Below are positions 1 to 13,542 of a stretch of 64,000 nt of DNA, in pieces. Position numbers and translations under genes: made by a program. Position 1 is the first letter of the stretch. The number at the start of each line of letters is the position of its first letter. Below the pieces are notes generated by a model. The model had not been told where the DNA came from and ran no database searches. It saw nothing but the letters and a program-made list of their open reading frames with translations. Origin of the DNA: Vermamoeba vermiformis (Eukaryota); contig JBEWZL010000038.1 of NCBI GenBank assembly GCA_045837725.1, positions 1-64,000 on the forward strand, written 5' to 3'.

Positions 1-104
1 ATAAAATATTTATTAATTAAAAGTCAATAGGACCTGGACGGTACAGTCACCGGTCTGAGTATATACAGCGTGGTAGTGCGTCATAAAAGCGAAAGTAGCC
101 AGGC

Positions 105-1524
105 TTAACCTTGGTTGATCAGCGGTTGCACCTTTTCGCCTTCAATTTTGCTCGTAGTGGTAGTGGTAGTTTCCACCGTAGAAATAGGCGCAGTACTCGG
201 CATTTCATTGTTGATTTGCACATTGTTGGCACTCATAGATTGCTCTACGGGCTGACCTCTTGCGAGATCTTCAGTAGGCACCACATTCTCCGTTAGAGGT
301 ATTTGCGGAAGTGCCGATCTTTGAACATCATACGCACGTGCCACGGAGCTGTACGGATCGTAAGAAGTAGGACGAGCAGGAAAGATCACGTTCAAAGGTA
401 CGGGCATAGGCAGTACTCCATGGTATTCCTTTGCCATACGCCCTGTGTAGCGCATTAATTAATCATATTTAACAAGACTTTCAGACCCGGCAGAAATAAC
501 TTACATGCGTGGTCAAGTACGTTGTACACACCCCGACAGTCATGACTGAAGTGATAGAAACGATGCATCTAAAACAAACAGTATAAGGTAAGATAATTAC
601 AAGCACTATTGTGAGTTAAGTACCAAATGATCCGTGGTGTACACGATCAGTCCGCGGGTAGTTTCCGTCGGTCTCTCAGCTGCGACAATTTGCTTCACGT
701 GCCTTTTGCCTACAAAACAGGTATTACCACTATATTTTCGAACTTTAGAACGCATACCTGACTCGATCGCAGCTCGGAACGAAACGATTTCTCTTAACGG
801 GATCATGAACTAAACGAGGAGTTTAAAGAAGGTACTTTAGGTTTGTAAAGCAATAGCTTACCGAAATGCGTTCGTGCTTGTGGCTCGACATAAAAGAAAG
901 ATAGTTGTTGCTGATGTAGCATATTCCGGCACGGTTGAATCCGGGCGAAACAATAACTTTGCAATGAAAACTGTCCAATATTTGCTCTTCCCAGGGAAAG
1001 CGAAAATGAGATCTGAAAGCTTCATCTTTGGCAATATGAGATCCCTCAGAGTGACCTAAATTAAGCATTTGGTTACGAATGAATAACCCGATCAGATTCC
1101 GACTTACTTTCGGTCAATGTTACGTCGGAGAATTCATCCCCAATACTCTTGCCAGCATCCTTTAGTGACTTCTTCAAAGACGCCGTCCAGCCTAGCCAAA
1201 ATGATTTATTAACACAGGAAGGTGCGATCTATCAATGAAAGTAAAGCTTGCTTGGTTTGGGTCCAGACTCGAGTCGTGCCTCAGATTGCACGTTTTCAGA
1301 ATGTCTAAGCTGCCTGTAATATTCTCTGGTGTAACGAAGCTCATTCGGAAGAAGTTCGGCGACAGGAGGGGGCGCGGGAGGTGCTTCGGAGTAGCTACAT
1401 ACGTGTCAGATTTTAACTTTTTCTTCGTGTGTAAATGAATGGACTCTTACATTACTGGAGCGTACTGTACATAATTGTACTTCTCAGGAAGTGGCGCGGA
1501 TAAAATATGTTGGTACGGATTCAT
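105..1524 (-). CDS. GRAM (PH-like) domain protein, multi-exon
   Basis: Spliced reading MNPYQHILSAPLPEKYNY...; FRSHFRFPWEEQILDSFHCKV...GICYISNNYLSFMS...FMIPLREI is a typical GRAM signature. One intron uses a GC donor (1251). Confidence 0.75.
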
Positions 1525-2166
1525 AGAGAGAAATTAAAACGAATGCCAATTGTGGCGTATATATCGAGATTTTCTGTCTACTGCAGGATTTCGATTGCGC
1601 TGACTTCTTGAGATTTTGCTTCTGTCGCATGACCATACCATTCGAATTGCCTAAAAAAGGAAAACGTTTTCGGAATACTTGTTGTTTTCTTCGTATTGCC
1701 TGAATCCCTCACATGATGGGTTGAATTTCCTACCGCATCTTGATGAAACGTCATAAGCGATGAATTTTGATACTATACTTGTATAATTGTACCGAAACTA
1801 GTTCTTCATTGATCTGTGTCGGCGACCTCAATACTCGGAACCTTGTGGGTTCATTATGATATCCATTAATTGAGGTATCGTCGCGTCAGTAGTCTCCTTG
1901 ACAATTTAGCATTGTAACTTGTTTGACGCGAGAACAGAGATTCATGAATGAATCGGCGTACGTCCATCGCACCTCTATGTTCATGATGCACTTGGTAGTT
2001 TAGCAATCTACTTTCAAAACGCATTGACTTGACAAATGAGCTGGACTTGTACCTTGAAACAGGCTTCGCAAATTAAATCCGGATAAAAAAATTTATAAAA
2101 TCAAAAATTAACAGCTAGTTGTTTGCGCTTAACATCAATAAATGCTAGCGACGTCTTTTTTCTTAT

Positions 2167-4030
2167 TTAGAAATTCTTTTTTCTTCTCTTGAATCCGCCC
2201 TTGAATCCTCCCTTCTTGGGTGGTTTGTTCAAAATATTCTTTTGCCAGTACTCGTTCTCGGCTTCACCTTCGAGCATAGTAGCAGTGACTTTGCCACCAG
2301 CAATCTCTTTATCACCTTCTTTGTATTCTTTCAGCGCGTTTTGAGCGGAGTCAGTGTCTGCAAAGCGAACGAAGGCCTTGTGTTCGGCGGGAATGTATTC
2401 GACGTACTTGACTGAACCGAAGCCAGTGAACAAGTCCTACGATTAGAGGCACATTAGTACTACGTAAATATATATAATGCAAGCAAATAACAATTTATAA
2501 AATAAGTGCGGATCTGTCAAAGATCTAAAATTGAAAAATCCAAATCCGCTTAGAAAAATCGTAACAGGCTTGAATACACCCTGAATATACTTAAATATAG
2601 TCTTGATATTATATTATGCCTATTTAAAGCCTGTGCAAATCTTTCTAACATACCTTCAATTCATCGCGATCGGTCTTCTCGCCCAAGCCAGTGACGACCA
2701 TGACGAGACCTTTGCGCACTTCATTGGTGTATTTTTCACGGCCAACAGGAGCATCGGCCTTGCGCTTCTTGCTCTCCTTGGCTTGTTTGCTCTCTTCCTT
2801 CTTTTGCTTGTAGTATTCAGAGCTGTAAAACAACGCGCACGATCAGATCCAAAAGCTCTCCAACAAAGCATAGTTTAAATCGATAATAAGCTCAAAAATA
2901 TATCATATGCATATTTTCGTTATTTTAATGATTAAAGATGCCGTAGAAGGCATTAACGTAGATAAAAAAATCCGTTGCGGATCCAAAATAATTTACGTAA
3001 AATTTGTGAGAGCGTGATCACGCTACTTTAAGCCTCTATATGTTCGTATAATATTTTGATAATATTGGCACGTACCGTTGCAGCAAAGTAAGAGTTTGTT
3101 CGCCCCATTTGAGTTCCTTCAAGTCAGCGACCTTCTTGGCAGTCTCTTCGGTATCGAACTCGATGAAAATAGAGCCCTATAATGACAAATGTTTATTTAG
3201 TCCGAAAATAATATTAATCAGATCAAAACTAGAGCATTTTCAGATCTCCTGATCGAAAAAAAATTTACTAAAAAATTCCCCTTCGTGCGTTCCGATGATT
3301 AATCGTGTCAATAGCGTATATTATGATAGTATATATTACCTTGAATTTCTTTTCCTTAGTTCGGCGAGGACGAACGGACAAAACTTTGCCGTGAGTCTCG
3401 AAGAATTTTGTAACACTGTCGATCGTGACACCAGTCTCGTCTTCAGGGAATCCTTTCTATTACAATAATGTATTAGCCATTATTGTCCACATCAGTAGGG
3501 TATTTTGCTTTGATTCGAAAGTAACATGGATTTGATCGTTGCAAAAAGATCACAAAAATATCGGTGATGCTTATGCTTGAGTTAAATAATTTTACTTACA
3601 ACGTAGATGCTGCGCTCGTTCATAGTGTCATTTTCAGGCAAAGGAGCGGATCTCTTGACGAATTTACCGTCCTCAGAAAGGATTAATTGATCGCTGGTCT
3701 TGATTACGTTTGCAACAGCCGCGACATCAGTAGTAATCTCCTTGACCTTGTTGAATTTAAGCAAGACTTCAACGGGGATTTCTGCGTGCATTAGTTAAGG
3801 AATCCAAGATGCGATTTGCGATCACCGAAAAAAAAAATCTAAAACAACCGGCAAATAAACGATCTTCGTATGGATCGTCAATTACGAATATTAGTGAGAA
3901 GGATACGACCATTGTTTTCAGCGGCAGTGGTGCGCATGAACTTGTCGCGGGGATAGTTCGAGTCGCTGAAGTAGAACTCGATCTGCTTCTTCAAAGCTTG
4001 AGTCTGTTCGTCGGTGAGAGTAGCAGCCAT
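2167..4030 (-). CDS. SSB: La protein (La motif + RRM1 + RRM2)
   Basis: MAATLTDEQTQALKKQIEFYFSDSNYPRDKFM (La motif), RSIYVKGF...FKGSIFIEF (RRM1), VKYVEY...KAFVRF (RRM2), basic C-terminal NLS-like KRRKKNF. Confidence 0.93.
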
Positions 4031-5166
4031 TATTGTGGACAGTTGTGTACTTCTAGCTGAAAAAATAAAAGACGAATGAAAAACACAGACGGAGCCAAAA
4101 AAAGAACGTTGCGAGAAATTTATCAGATCGAATTATTAGCCCACACACGACACGATTAATATATATGCTACTGACTTTGTTTATTGGCGAGGAGGTTATT
4201 ATGTTCCTAAAGCGGCCAACGATCTGAAGAGCGCGTTTTACGCAGATTAGATTTGTTTTGAGCCCGCGAGGTAATTATTGGGTATAATTTCCCAGACTAC
4301 ATTAATCCATATTTTTTTAAGCCGTGATTATATTTTGGGGAGGACGACAAATTGTTTTTTAGATCGAAGATATTTTCTTTTTACCTGGATGCAATTTTTC
4401 TTTACCCTCACTAAATCATGTTATCGTCATAATTAATTCAATGAATTTTATGCACAGAGCGCTTGATTTTGCATGTTGTCGATTAATTCTGTATCCGCAA
4501 GCAACTCAACATTTGCCATGAAAGCCTTGATCTTGCAACGGTTTGACCAGCAGTCATTGTGCAAGTTAACCGCTCAATAGCGATATTAGTGGCATTCGAA
4601 TATACCGCTAATTGCTACTGGCAAAAAGATCCGCTCGCAAGGTGAGTGTTTGTTAGCTTGTTTAGTTCTAAAATTTAGCACATACATACGTTTCTGTTCT
4701 GGCTAGCTAAATCGTGCTTAGATTATTAAATTGCCGAAAATTTTGTTTCTAGTCTTTTCGGCACGTGGCCAGTACGCGAGTACGGTTTCAACAAGCTACA
4801 AGCGCTTAAATTAACCACTCGCATCAAATTAGCTAATTAGTAGTATTAAATAATTACATTGGCAAATGTATTTCCTTTTGGCCTTACCCGCAAAATTTTC
4901 TCTCTCGGTGGTTTCATCGATGAAAATCTTGATTTTATCATTGTACTCACTCATGTTTGGCTATATTGCTGAAATTCGAGTTAAAAGGTTCATTTAAATA
5001 GATTCGTTCGTATTGCGGTTCAAGAATCTCCAAAAACAAATTGTGTACGATGCCAATGCCGCATTTTCCACCCAATTTCGATTATTTACATAAAAGCAAC
5101 GGCACGGCGAATTTAATTTCATTTTAATTTCTGGATTGTAATTCAATACCACAACTGCCGCCAGAA

Positions 5167-7985
5167 ATGATGACGGCAAACGTGATGTTGGTTATAATAG
5201 CTTTATTGATTGCTTCGTGCGGATTGGTGACGTCTACTCCGACATTTGCATCTACTGATGGAACTTTCAGAGCTAATTGGACTATTAGCGGCTCATCCAT
5301 AACCTTTATGATGAGCGGATTAGGCACTGGCGGATGGGTTGGCATTGGCTGGAACATGAATGGAGGCATGCCTAATTCTGACGTCGTGGTTGGTAAGTTT
5401 AATTTCAGTAATACATGTTCTCTATTACTAGGTCTGCTTATTGATGGGACTGTTACCAGGTTGGATCGATAATAGCAACAGAGTTACTGTTTTGGATCGC
5501 TGGGCGTCAACTAGAACTGTTCCATCAACGGATACTTCACTAGGAGGTATGCGTAATTAATTTAATATTTTATTAATAATATTACCCGTTCGATTTCTTC
5601 TCCAACATCGGGTAATTTTGACGCGGAGAAATTTCCACCGCGAATCAAAATTAAATCCATAAATAATAAATAACGTCATAAATTGCAGGTACCAACGACG
5701 TATCTAGCGTTAAAGGCTATGTTGAGACGTACAACGGAGCACAATGGACAACTTTTATCTTCACTCGCCCTCTTAACTCCGGTGACTCACACGACGTCCC
5801 TATAATTAACAGCTCGATGCATATGATCTATGCAGTTGGTTCATCAGGTTCTGTCAATTACAACACGGGAAATTTCAAACAACACTCGAGCAGAGGTGAT
5901 GTCATCGTCAACTTTTTCGAACCAACAGTTGCCGTTGTGGATGTCCGTAAGTACCAACAAGGCACTAGGTATAGAGTAGGTACTTACTATTATACAGCTA
6001 TTGCTCTCACGCCAATCACAGTTGTCAACGCTACCGGAGCTGGCACGTCCTTTTCCTCTTCAGACGGAAGTTTCCGTGCGAATTGGACTATTAGCAGCTC
6101 GTCCATTACGTTCATGATGAGTGGCCTGGGCACTGGCGGATGGGTCGGCATGGGCTGGAACATGAATGGAGGCATGCCTAACTCGGATGTAGTAGTTGGT
6201 ACGATAACTTTCATCTTCACGATTGGTGTTGACGTTAAGGAGACATACCGTTGTTATAGAGACTAACATAAACTCAATTCTTAGGTTGGATCGACAACAC
6301 CAATGCCGTAGTCCTCACCGATCAGTGGGCTGCAGATCGAACCATGCCTTCAACGGATACGTCCTTGGGAGGTAATTAGAGCCTTGTAAGATACCTTAGT
6401 GATCAATACTGATGCATTCATACAGGTTCTAATGACGTTACAAATGTTCAAGGCTACGTTGAGACCTACAACGGAGCTCAATGGACGACTTTCATCTTCA
6501 CTCGTCCTCTTAACTCCGGTGATGTTAATGACGTGCCAATCACCAATACTCCCATGCACATGATCTACGCGGTTGGTTCATCTGGTTCCGTGGATTACAC
6601 GACGAATACGTTCCAACAACACTTGACGCAAGGTGACGTCATCGTCAACTTTTTTGACACGAACGCTGTAGTTATCACGTCACGTAAGTCATTAGCTAAT
6701 GATAATCTAGCTTAGTATGATATTCACCATTATCTTTTTTTGCAGCTGTGTCTAGTTCTTCTGGCAGCACACCAGTCGTGACTGTTGCAAGCGGGAACTC
6801 AACGAATGACAACTTGTACGCGTCTCCTGATGGCACGTTCAAAGTCAAATGGACGATCAACCAAAACAACATTACATTCACTATGAGCGGTGTCACATCG
6901 ACTGGTTATGTTGGCATTGGTTGGAACACCTACGGTGGTATGCCCAAATCGGATATGGTAGTCGGTAAGCCCAAAGCTTTATTCAACAAGGGATTATAAC
7001 CTAATTGTTGCACTTGCAGGTTGGATCGATAATAATGGTGCTGCTGTGGTCTTGGACACATGGGCCTCTAGCCATGACATGCCCAGTTTGGACACGAGCC
7101 TTGGTGGAGACTCGTACGTGTCTAATGTCTCGGCTTCAGTAGACAAGATCAACAATGTGAAGTGGATGACGATCACCTTCACTAGACCGCTGAGCGTGAC
7201 AGACAAGTACGACGTGTCTATCACTAACCAACAATTGCATATGTTGTGGGCAGTTGGATCTGACGGATCAGTCAATTACGCCACCAAGTATTACTCTCAA
7301 GTAAGGATATTACGATCTTCTATGCGATTGAAGACTAATAGTATTCTTCTAGCATTCAACGCAGGGCGATGTTTTGATCAATTTCTTCAGCGGCAATACT
7401 CTTTGCGGAGCCTCAGCAAAGGCCAACAATGTATTTTTCAAGGTCCACGGCGTGTTGATGGTGGTGGGCTGGACGATGATGCTCTTTGTCGGCACTTTCA
7501 TCGCTCGTTACTTAAAGCCACTCACGAAGAATTGGTTCAAAGCTCACGTCGCACTTCAGACCATTGGCTGCGTCATGGTGCTGGTAGCTTTTGCACTCAT
7601 TTTAATCTACTACAATGGAGGCTTTACCGTTGGCTGGCACCAAATTGTTGGCATTGTGGTCATCGCGGGAATGGTCGTGCAGCCTATTATCGGCGGCATT
7701 GCTGATAAAATGTACGATCCGTCGAGATCCAAGGCACCGATCTGGCCTGATCAGATCCACTGGTGGATCGGTCGTGGTACTTCTGTGATCGCCATAGCCG
7801 CTATCTTCTTGGGCATTCGAGAGTACATGCCTGATTCACTCGTCGCGTACATTCTCTTCGGCGCCTATTGCCTGTTGACCTTCATCATTATTTTGGTGGC
7901 CGAGCTCAAAGTTGGCTCCAAGCACGAGAACGAAATCTACGCAGAAGATATGACAGTAATAGATGGTAAGCAGCTTCGAGTTTGA
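5167..7985 (+). CDS. Signal peptide + three DOMON domains + cytochrome b561 (SDR2/FRRS1-like ferric-chelate reductase)
   Basis: Three repeats of G(W/Y)VG(I/M)GWN..GGMP.SD.VVG...(F/I)TRPL...QH. C-terminal HGVLMVVGW, WFKAHVALQ, WHQIVG and IHWWIGR supply the four b561 heme His residues in TM helices. Confidence 0.92.
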
Positions 7986-8445
7986 CTTTGTATAGACGCT
8001 TCTCCTAACAAATTTTTTGTACAGGTGCTAAGGTAGAAAAACGAAAGGTACAACGAGCACGAGGTCTCTTTGCGGCTTGGATGGTGATAGGCTTTTTGAT
8101 ATTGATTGCGTTCATAATCTTTATTATTCTCAATGGAATCTCGAACATTTCTGGATGTTAGGCCGAACATAACGGTACTTGTAAAAAGTTTTGTAATTTA
8201 GAACATCAAAAAAATTTCGTAGCTCTATACAGATTGGTTATTCTTGCTTCTAATTGGCGGATCCGTAATTCAACAAGTGCGGAAGAATAGGTACCTACAA
8301 AGATTTTTTCTGAAAAATTCTAATTCAGACGATACGACCATTATAGTCGTGTTGATCGTTGTTACAGCTTTCATCTTCAGTCTGGTTCGTGGTTCGTCCG
8401 AAAAGTTGACTTACTCGCACACCACGTTTGAGATTCTGCAAGAAT

Positions 8446-11400
8446 ATGGAAGACGAGGCTGCACCAATTGATCTAATCGATGATATTTGGTTGAGCATAT
8501 TCAATTGGGTTCCCTTTACCGCCCGAGTTCACTTAACCGAGGTAATCAAAGCTTGCTCGCAAATTCGGAGCTTATTAAATTAAAGTAATTTCTAAGAGTG
8601 CGGGAACAGAATAGAAATTTTTTGGAGGGTCGCCGGATCAAATTACAAAAAATCAATTTAAAAAATATATTTCGTAGCAACTAAATCGTTAACCCTAATA
8701 ATTACATTAAAATATTTATTAATATCTAATTTATAAACGCTCCATATTTAATCAAGCGCGCAGGTGTCCAAAAGATGGCAACAACTTGCGCTACGTCCAC
8801 TAGCATGGCGTACAGTGGAGTATAAGAGAGAAAATAATTACGAGGAAGATTTTATTACAAAACTTACACGATTCTTATCGGCTCGTTGCTCTATGGTTGT
8901 GGATCTGAACTTGAATTTCTTGGAATATCTATATGGGGAGGAAGAATGTCACATTCCTGCGCTGATAGATACTGTTTTTGCTATGAAGTCTTTGCACAGA
9001 GCGGTGCTTGCAGGGGTTTGTGTGGAATATATTCCGAAACAAGTACCCGCCTGCCGTGACTTGAAGTTTCTCAACATCGATGCATCGTTCAAGGATAAAT
9101 CTCTCTTCCATCTTTTGTCGGCAAGTATCTTACTAATAATTCGCCCTGCTGCAGGGAAGTAATTTCTTATAAAATTAAATTTTAGGCCCTGCCGAATCTC
9201 GAAGAGTTGTACCTCCCTAGGAAACAGGACGATCCATTAAATCTGGAATTGGCTATTCCAAAGAACACTCTAACAAAACTACAAAGGCTGAGCATTCGCG
9301 GGCGTGTCGACGTACAAACAATTACCGCTGCACTTCCTAGTCTGGAGTATCTTATCGTGAAAGGCGTGAGAGTACCTGCTGTCTCACAAATCAATAATAC
9401 GATGGTTATTAATACACGAAAAGCCTTCAAGAGGCCAATACTGCTCGAGACCTTCAAAAAGGTGTCGCCAATTCTGGTTCCATACGCATCCCGGAAATAC
9501 ATCGCACCAGTAATGTCAGCCCTTTTGCAAGAATACGAAACAACTAAGGGCTATATCGAGTTCATGGTTAAAGAATTAGGATACGATCTCAACGTTAGGT
9601 AATTTGGTGGAAAGACAAGTTCGACAAAGTCGTTCAATTCTAATTTTTTTATTAACAGTTACAAGAACGATATTGCCTATCGTCCGTCATTTTTTCCTAC
9701 CAGCACATGTGAAGATCATCAGTATCCGATGCAAGTGGCACTCGAATGTTTCCATGATCCGAAAGCGAATGCTCTTGTGACTGAATTACTTGAGCTTGGA
9801 GCGACAGCAGAGTGTCCAGATCCAAATATTTCTTACCTCACACTAGCAGAAAGCACCGAAGTAGTATTAAACCTACTGCGAAACGGTGCAGATCCAAACA
9901 AACTCGTGCAGATCGGAGAAACGATAGGTCCTGCTTATTTTTGTTGGCTAAAACAAGGAAAAGGTAAGGATTTGGTCTCATGACCATTCATTATAACATA
10001 AGTTTTCCAGAATCAATCGAAGTCAGCGAGTTTCTCAAGGACCGAATTGACTTGGAGTACAAATGGCAAGATCTTTCAGTATTACGTGTAAGAATTTCAC
10101 TGTTTCACTTTCTTTATTAACAAAAAGCACAAGTGGACTGTTACATACCGAGATTGGACGAGTTTTCGAGTGTTCGTCAATGCTGGTGCCAAGATAGAAA
10201 TTTCATCGCTGCCACAGCTGCTAAGACACAGTGAAATCTCGTTAGATCTAGTAAGAGCTACAGTAGTACTAACTACAAAACTAACAAAGATAAAGTTTCA
10301 TTTAGTTATGTGTAAAAAGAGTTACTACGATGACGGCAACGCCGTACAAGACGTCGGAAAAGACTTGCTTCAGTCGATTTGTCAATGCCCAGGATTCGTT
10401 CCGTTACCTAATCCTATGAAGAAAGAAGATACAGGGATACGATGGAATATGTCTAAGAAAGACACATATGTACAAATTATCCCCGATGACATGGTACCAG
10501 CACCTACAATCAACGTGGAGACCTCATTCGAGAACATCACAATTTCACCAAAAATTGACGTCAATCCAACTCGATCTTCATTTTTGACGCCGTTCTCTTC
10601 TCCAAGTCCCAAACCAACGAATGAAGGTTCCACCCCAATCTTCGAGCAATTCGCACTAGCATTCAACGCAGATAATTCATTTACAACTACCACTGCAAGT
10701 TCCACGATAACTAGTCCGAGCAATTTCAATCCATTCTCGTTTGTTACACCGATGCAAACTAGTCCGTTTGGAACGCTCAGTAACAACGCGTCGCCTAGCA
10801 GCAACATATTTTCAACGCCTTCATCCACCAGTACTGCAAATAACAGCTCTCCAATGACGCCAAATCCATTTATGGTAACACCTTCAACCACGCCAACTCG
10901 AACACGAGAAGAGAAAAAGTTGAAGCGGCTCCAGGCAAAGGCGAAGTTCGACGTGGATACTTGCATTTACTACGACCCGACAGAGGAAGTTAATTACTTC
11001 AAGACAGCGTTTCCACCAGTAGACGCTCCAACAAACGCGAAGGAGTTGCCACCGCCATTTCGGTTGCACAATTTTGAAACAAGTTTTGAGCGGACCTTAG
11101 AACTGACGAAAGATTTTATCAACGACCAATCACAATCAGGCGAAACAGCTCTGTTGCTTGCATGCATGGCAAATTTATTTCTCGCTGAAAAAAGTTACCG
11201 GGTGAAGACGTTGGTTGCCAATGGCGCCGATGTTAATATTGGAGTAAGTATTATGCTAGTAATATTGGTCTGCTTAAACTTATATTTTTCTTAGAATGAC
11301 CGAGGTTGGACTCCACTGCATGCAGTGTGCTACAGTTGCGAGTGGCCGTTGGTCGATTTTCTTGTTGACAACGGTGCCAAACTCGATGCGCAGGATGATT

Positions 11401-13277
11401 ACGGAGTGACTCCGTTGGTAGCAGCGGTGTATGGCATGCATATTGCGAAGACAAGCGAACCCAACCCTTGTCAGCATTTGCATGCCACTCTGTCAAAGTG
11501 CACCAATGCCATCTTTACTCTCGTTGAAGAGGTACGTGGTGGCACATACTTAAGTAATGCTAATGTTTCAATCAGAATTCTCATCGAACATTAGCTCATA
11601 TGCTGGCTACTGTTGCATCTCCTAAAGAGTTTGAAGTGATTCGTGACAAATGCGATGTCAATGTTAGGTACGTCGAGCAGTTTAATCTATCAACTGAATT
11701 CTTACGGCTAGTATATTTAGAGACGCGACTGGGTACACGCCATTGCATTACGCTATCTATTTTGGCAACCTTGAGCTTGTCAACTATTTGATCGATAACG
11801 GAGCGGATCCGAATGCCCAAACTTTCGCATTGAAAGTCACACGTACGGTCTTTGATACTACTATATAAATTTACTAACGAATTTAAGTACAGCTACAATG
11901 CTATTATTGCATCTGCTTACATTCGCCACCGTCGGCGAAACAGAATACACGACGTACTTTCTGAGTCAAATGTCTCTTTTTGGCACGAAGCCTTTTGTTA
12001 AGTATGCATTACACGTAAATGATTTGGGAATGAATATTACTGACTTATGCTTAAGTGACGATGGTTTTCGCATGCGGATTAACCCTCAGTGGCTTGAATA
12101 TGACGAAGGCTCTCCTTTAACTCAAGTTGATATGTAGGTGTTAATATCGTGGTTATTTTACATTGAGCTAATTTACGAAACAGGAAAATTTTCTTCGAAA
12201 ATCCAACGAAGATATTGGCGAAACTGATTGAAAAGTCAAACCTTTTGCTGGCTGACGGGGAAGGAAATACAATTTTGCATTTGGTAGGATAAGACCACTA
12301 GTGGTTTATGCAATGACTAATCGTAGAGTAACAGTACGTCAAATATTATTGCCGAGAAGCCATAAAATTGTTCGAATCTCAAACTGAACTATGGTCCATC
12401 AAGAACAACACTCGGGATTCTCCTTTTGCGCTGTACGTACTGATTTCTTACCACAAATTGTTTTTCTTAATTTTTTCTTATCCACAATTACAGCGCTTGC
12501 CGTTACGAGTTGCTTGGAACTTGCATGTAAGTTGAACGTTGCACAAATTAGCAACGTTGAAGTAGTTTTTGAAGTAGTTTTTTACTCACTTTTTTTGCCC
12601 AGATCCGGATTAAAGAACATCGCAGAGGCAGCGAAGATTAATTTAACCGAGCGGGACAGTCAGGGCCGCGCTCTAGTTGATTATATTCTAGACAGCTCGC
12701 TGCCTGCTAGCGTTAAACAAGAATGGGCAAAGTTCAAGCCTGTTAGCAAAAAGCCCTTGATAAGCAAGAGTTTGGAACCGGATTCGGCGAATATCTTGAA
12801 AAGGACACCATTGATGCTAGCGTTAATTAAAGTAAGTTTACTTGGTTAGTTTTAACCCAAGACTGACAAACGACCGATTTAATCACAGATGCAAAGAACA
12901 ACCCAGCAACGAAAGGCATGTTACGAATCTCATCTTTTTGGGAAATTTCTATTCTAAACTTTTTAATCGCGTAGGAAGCTCGTGCTGAGTTTAAAGCAGA
13001 ATTGAAGAAGCAAACGCCTAATATTATAAACGAACAGGACGATAACGGCGATACTGCATTACATTTAGCATGCCGATACTTTTTATTTAGTTTCCTAGAG
13101 GCAAAAAGAGGCCACACCGTGATGCTTGGCGAGAGGATATTTTACAAGCCAGTGTTCGAGTTATTGCAATGCGGTGCAGATCCGAAAATTAAGAACAACA
13201 AACGAGAGACTCCGTTCGATTATACCCCGCATTTAGATCCATCATCACCTTTTTTCCTGCGCACAATTCCCAAGTAA
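8446..13277 (+). CDS. F-box + LRR-like + ankyrin-repeat protein (paralog A)
   Basis: N-terminal LIDDIWLSIFNWVP...VSKRWQQL (F-box), LPNLEELYL (LRR), several GxTALxxAC / GADPN ankyrin motifs, S/T/P/F-rich central insert. Confidence 0.85.
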
Positions 13278-13337
13278 AGCCAAAAACGATGAGAAGGTAC
13301 CAAATTCACTTACAATTACCCTTATCGTTTTTGGCTT
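13277..13337. repeat. Inverted repeat/hairpin with a 14-bp perfect stem between convergent paralogs
   Basis: AAGCCAAAAACGAT (13277-13290) is the exact reverse complement of ATCGTTTTTGGCTT (13324-13337). Confidence 0.85.
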
Positions 13338-13542
13338 AGTTATTAAGGTGCTAAACAATAAATGCCGTGCAAACCCTTGATTTTCAAGACGTGACATTTT
13401 GTACTTGAGTACTAGCTGTGTTCGATCTCTTGATCAAAGAACGTTGTGCAGCACAAAAATTGGCGGTATTAAAAAAGTCTGATTCTGGCCAAGAGCACAA
13501 TTCTTCTGATTTTATGTACAAGCAGATGGATCAAACAATCAA

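Noticed and set aside
1560-2100. Possible C/D snoRNAs or hairpin between the GRAM and La genes
   Set aside because: Only scattered TGATGA-like words and a 7-bp stem (CCTCAAT/ATTGAGG); no coherent box C/D pair.
10382-10966. 194-aa antisense ORF and many similar short opposite-strand ORFs
   Set aside because: Shadows of real coding exons on the other strand with no independent motifs.
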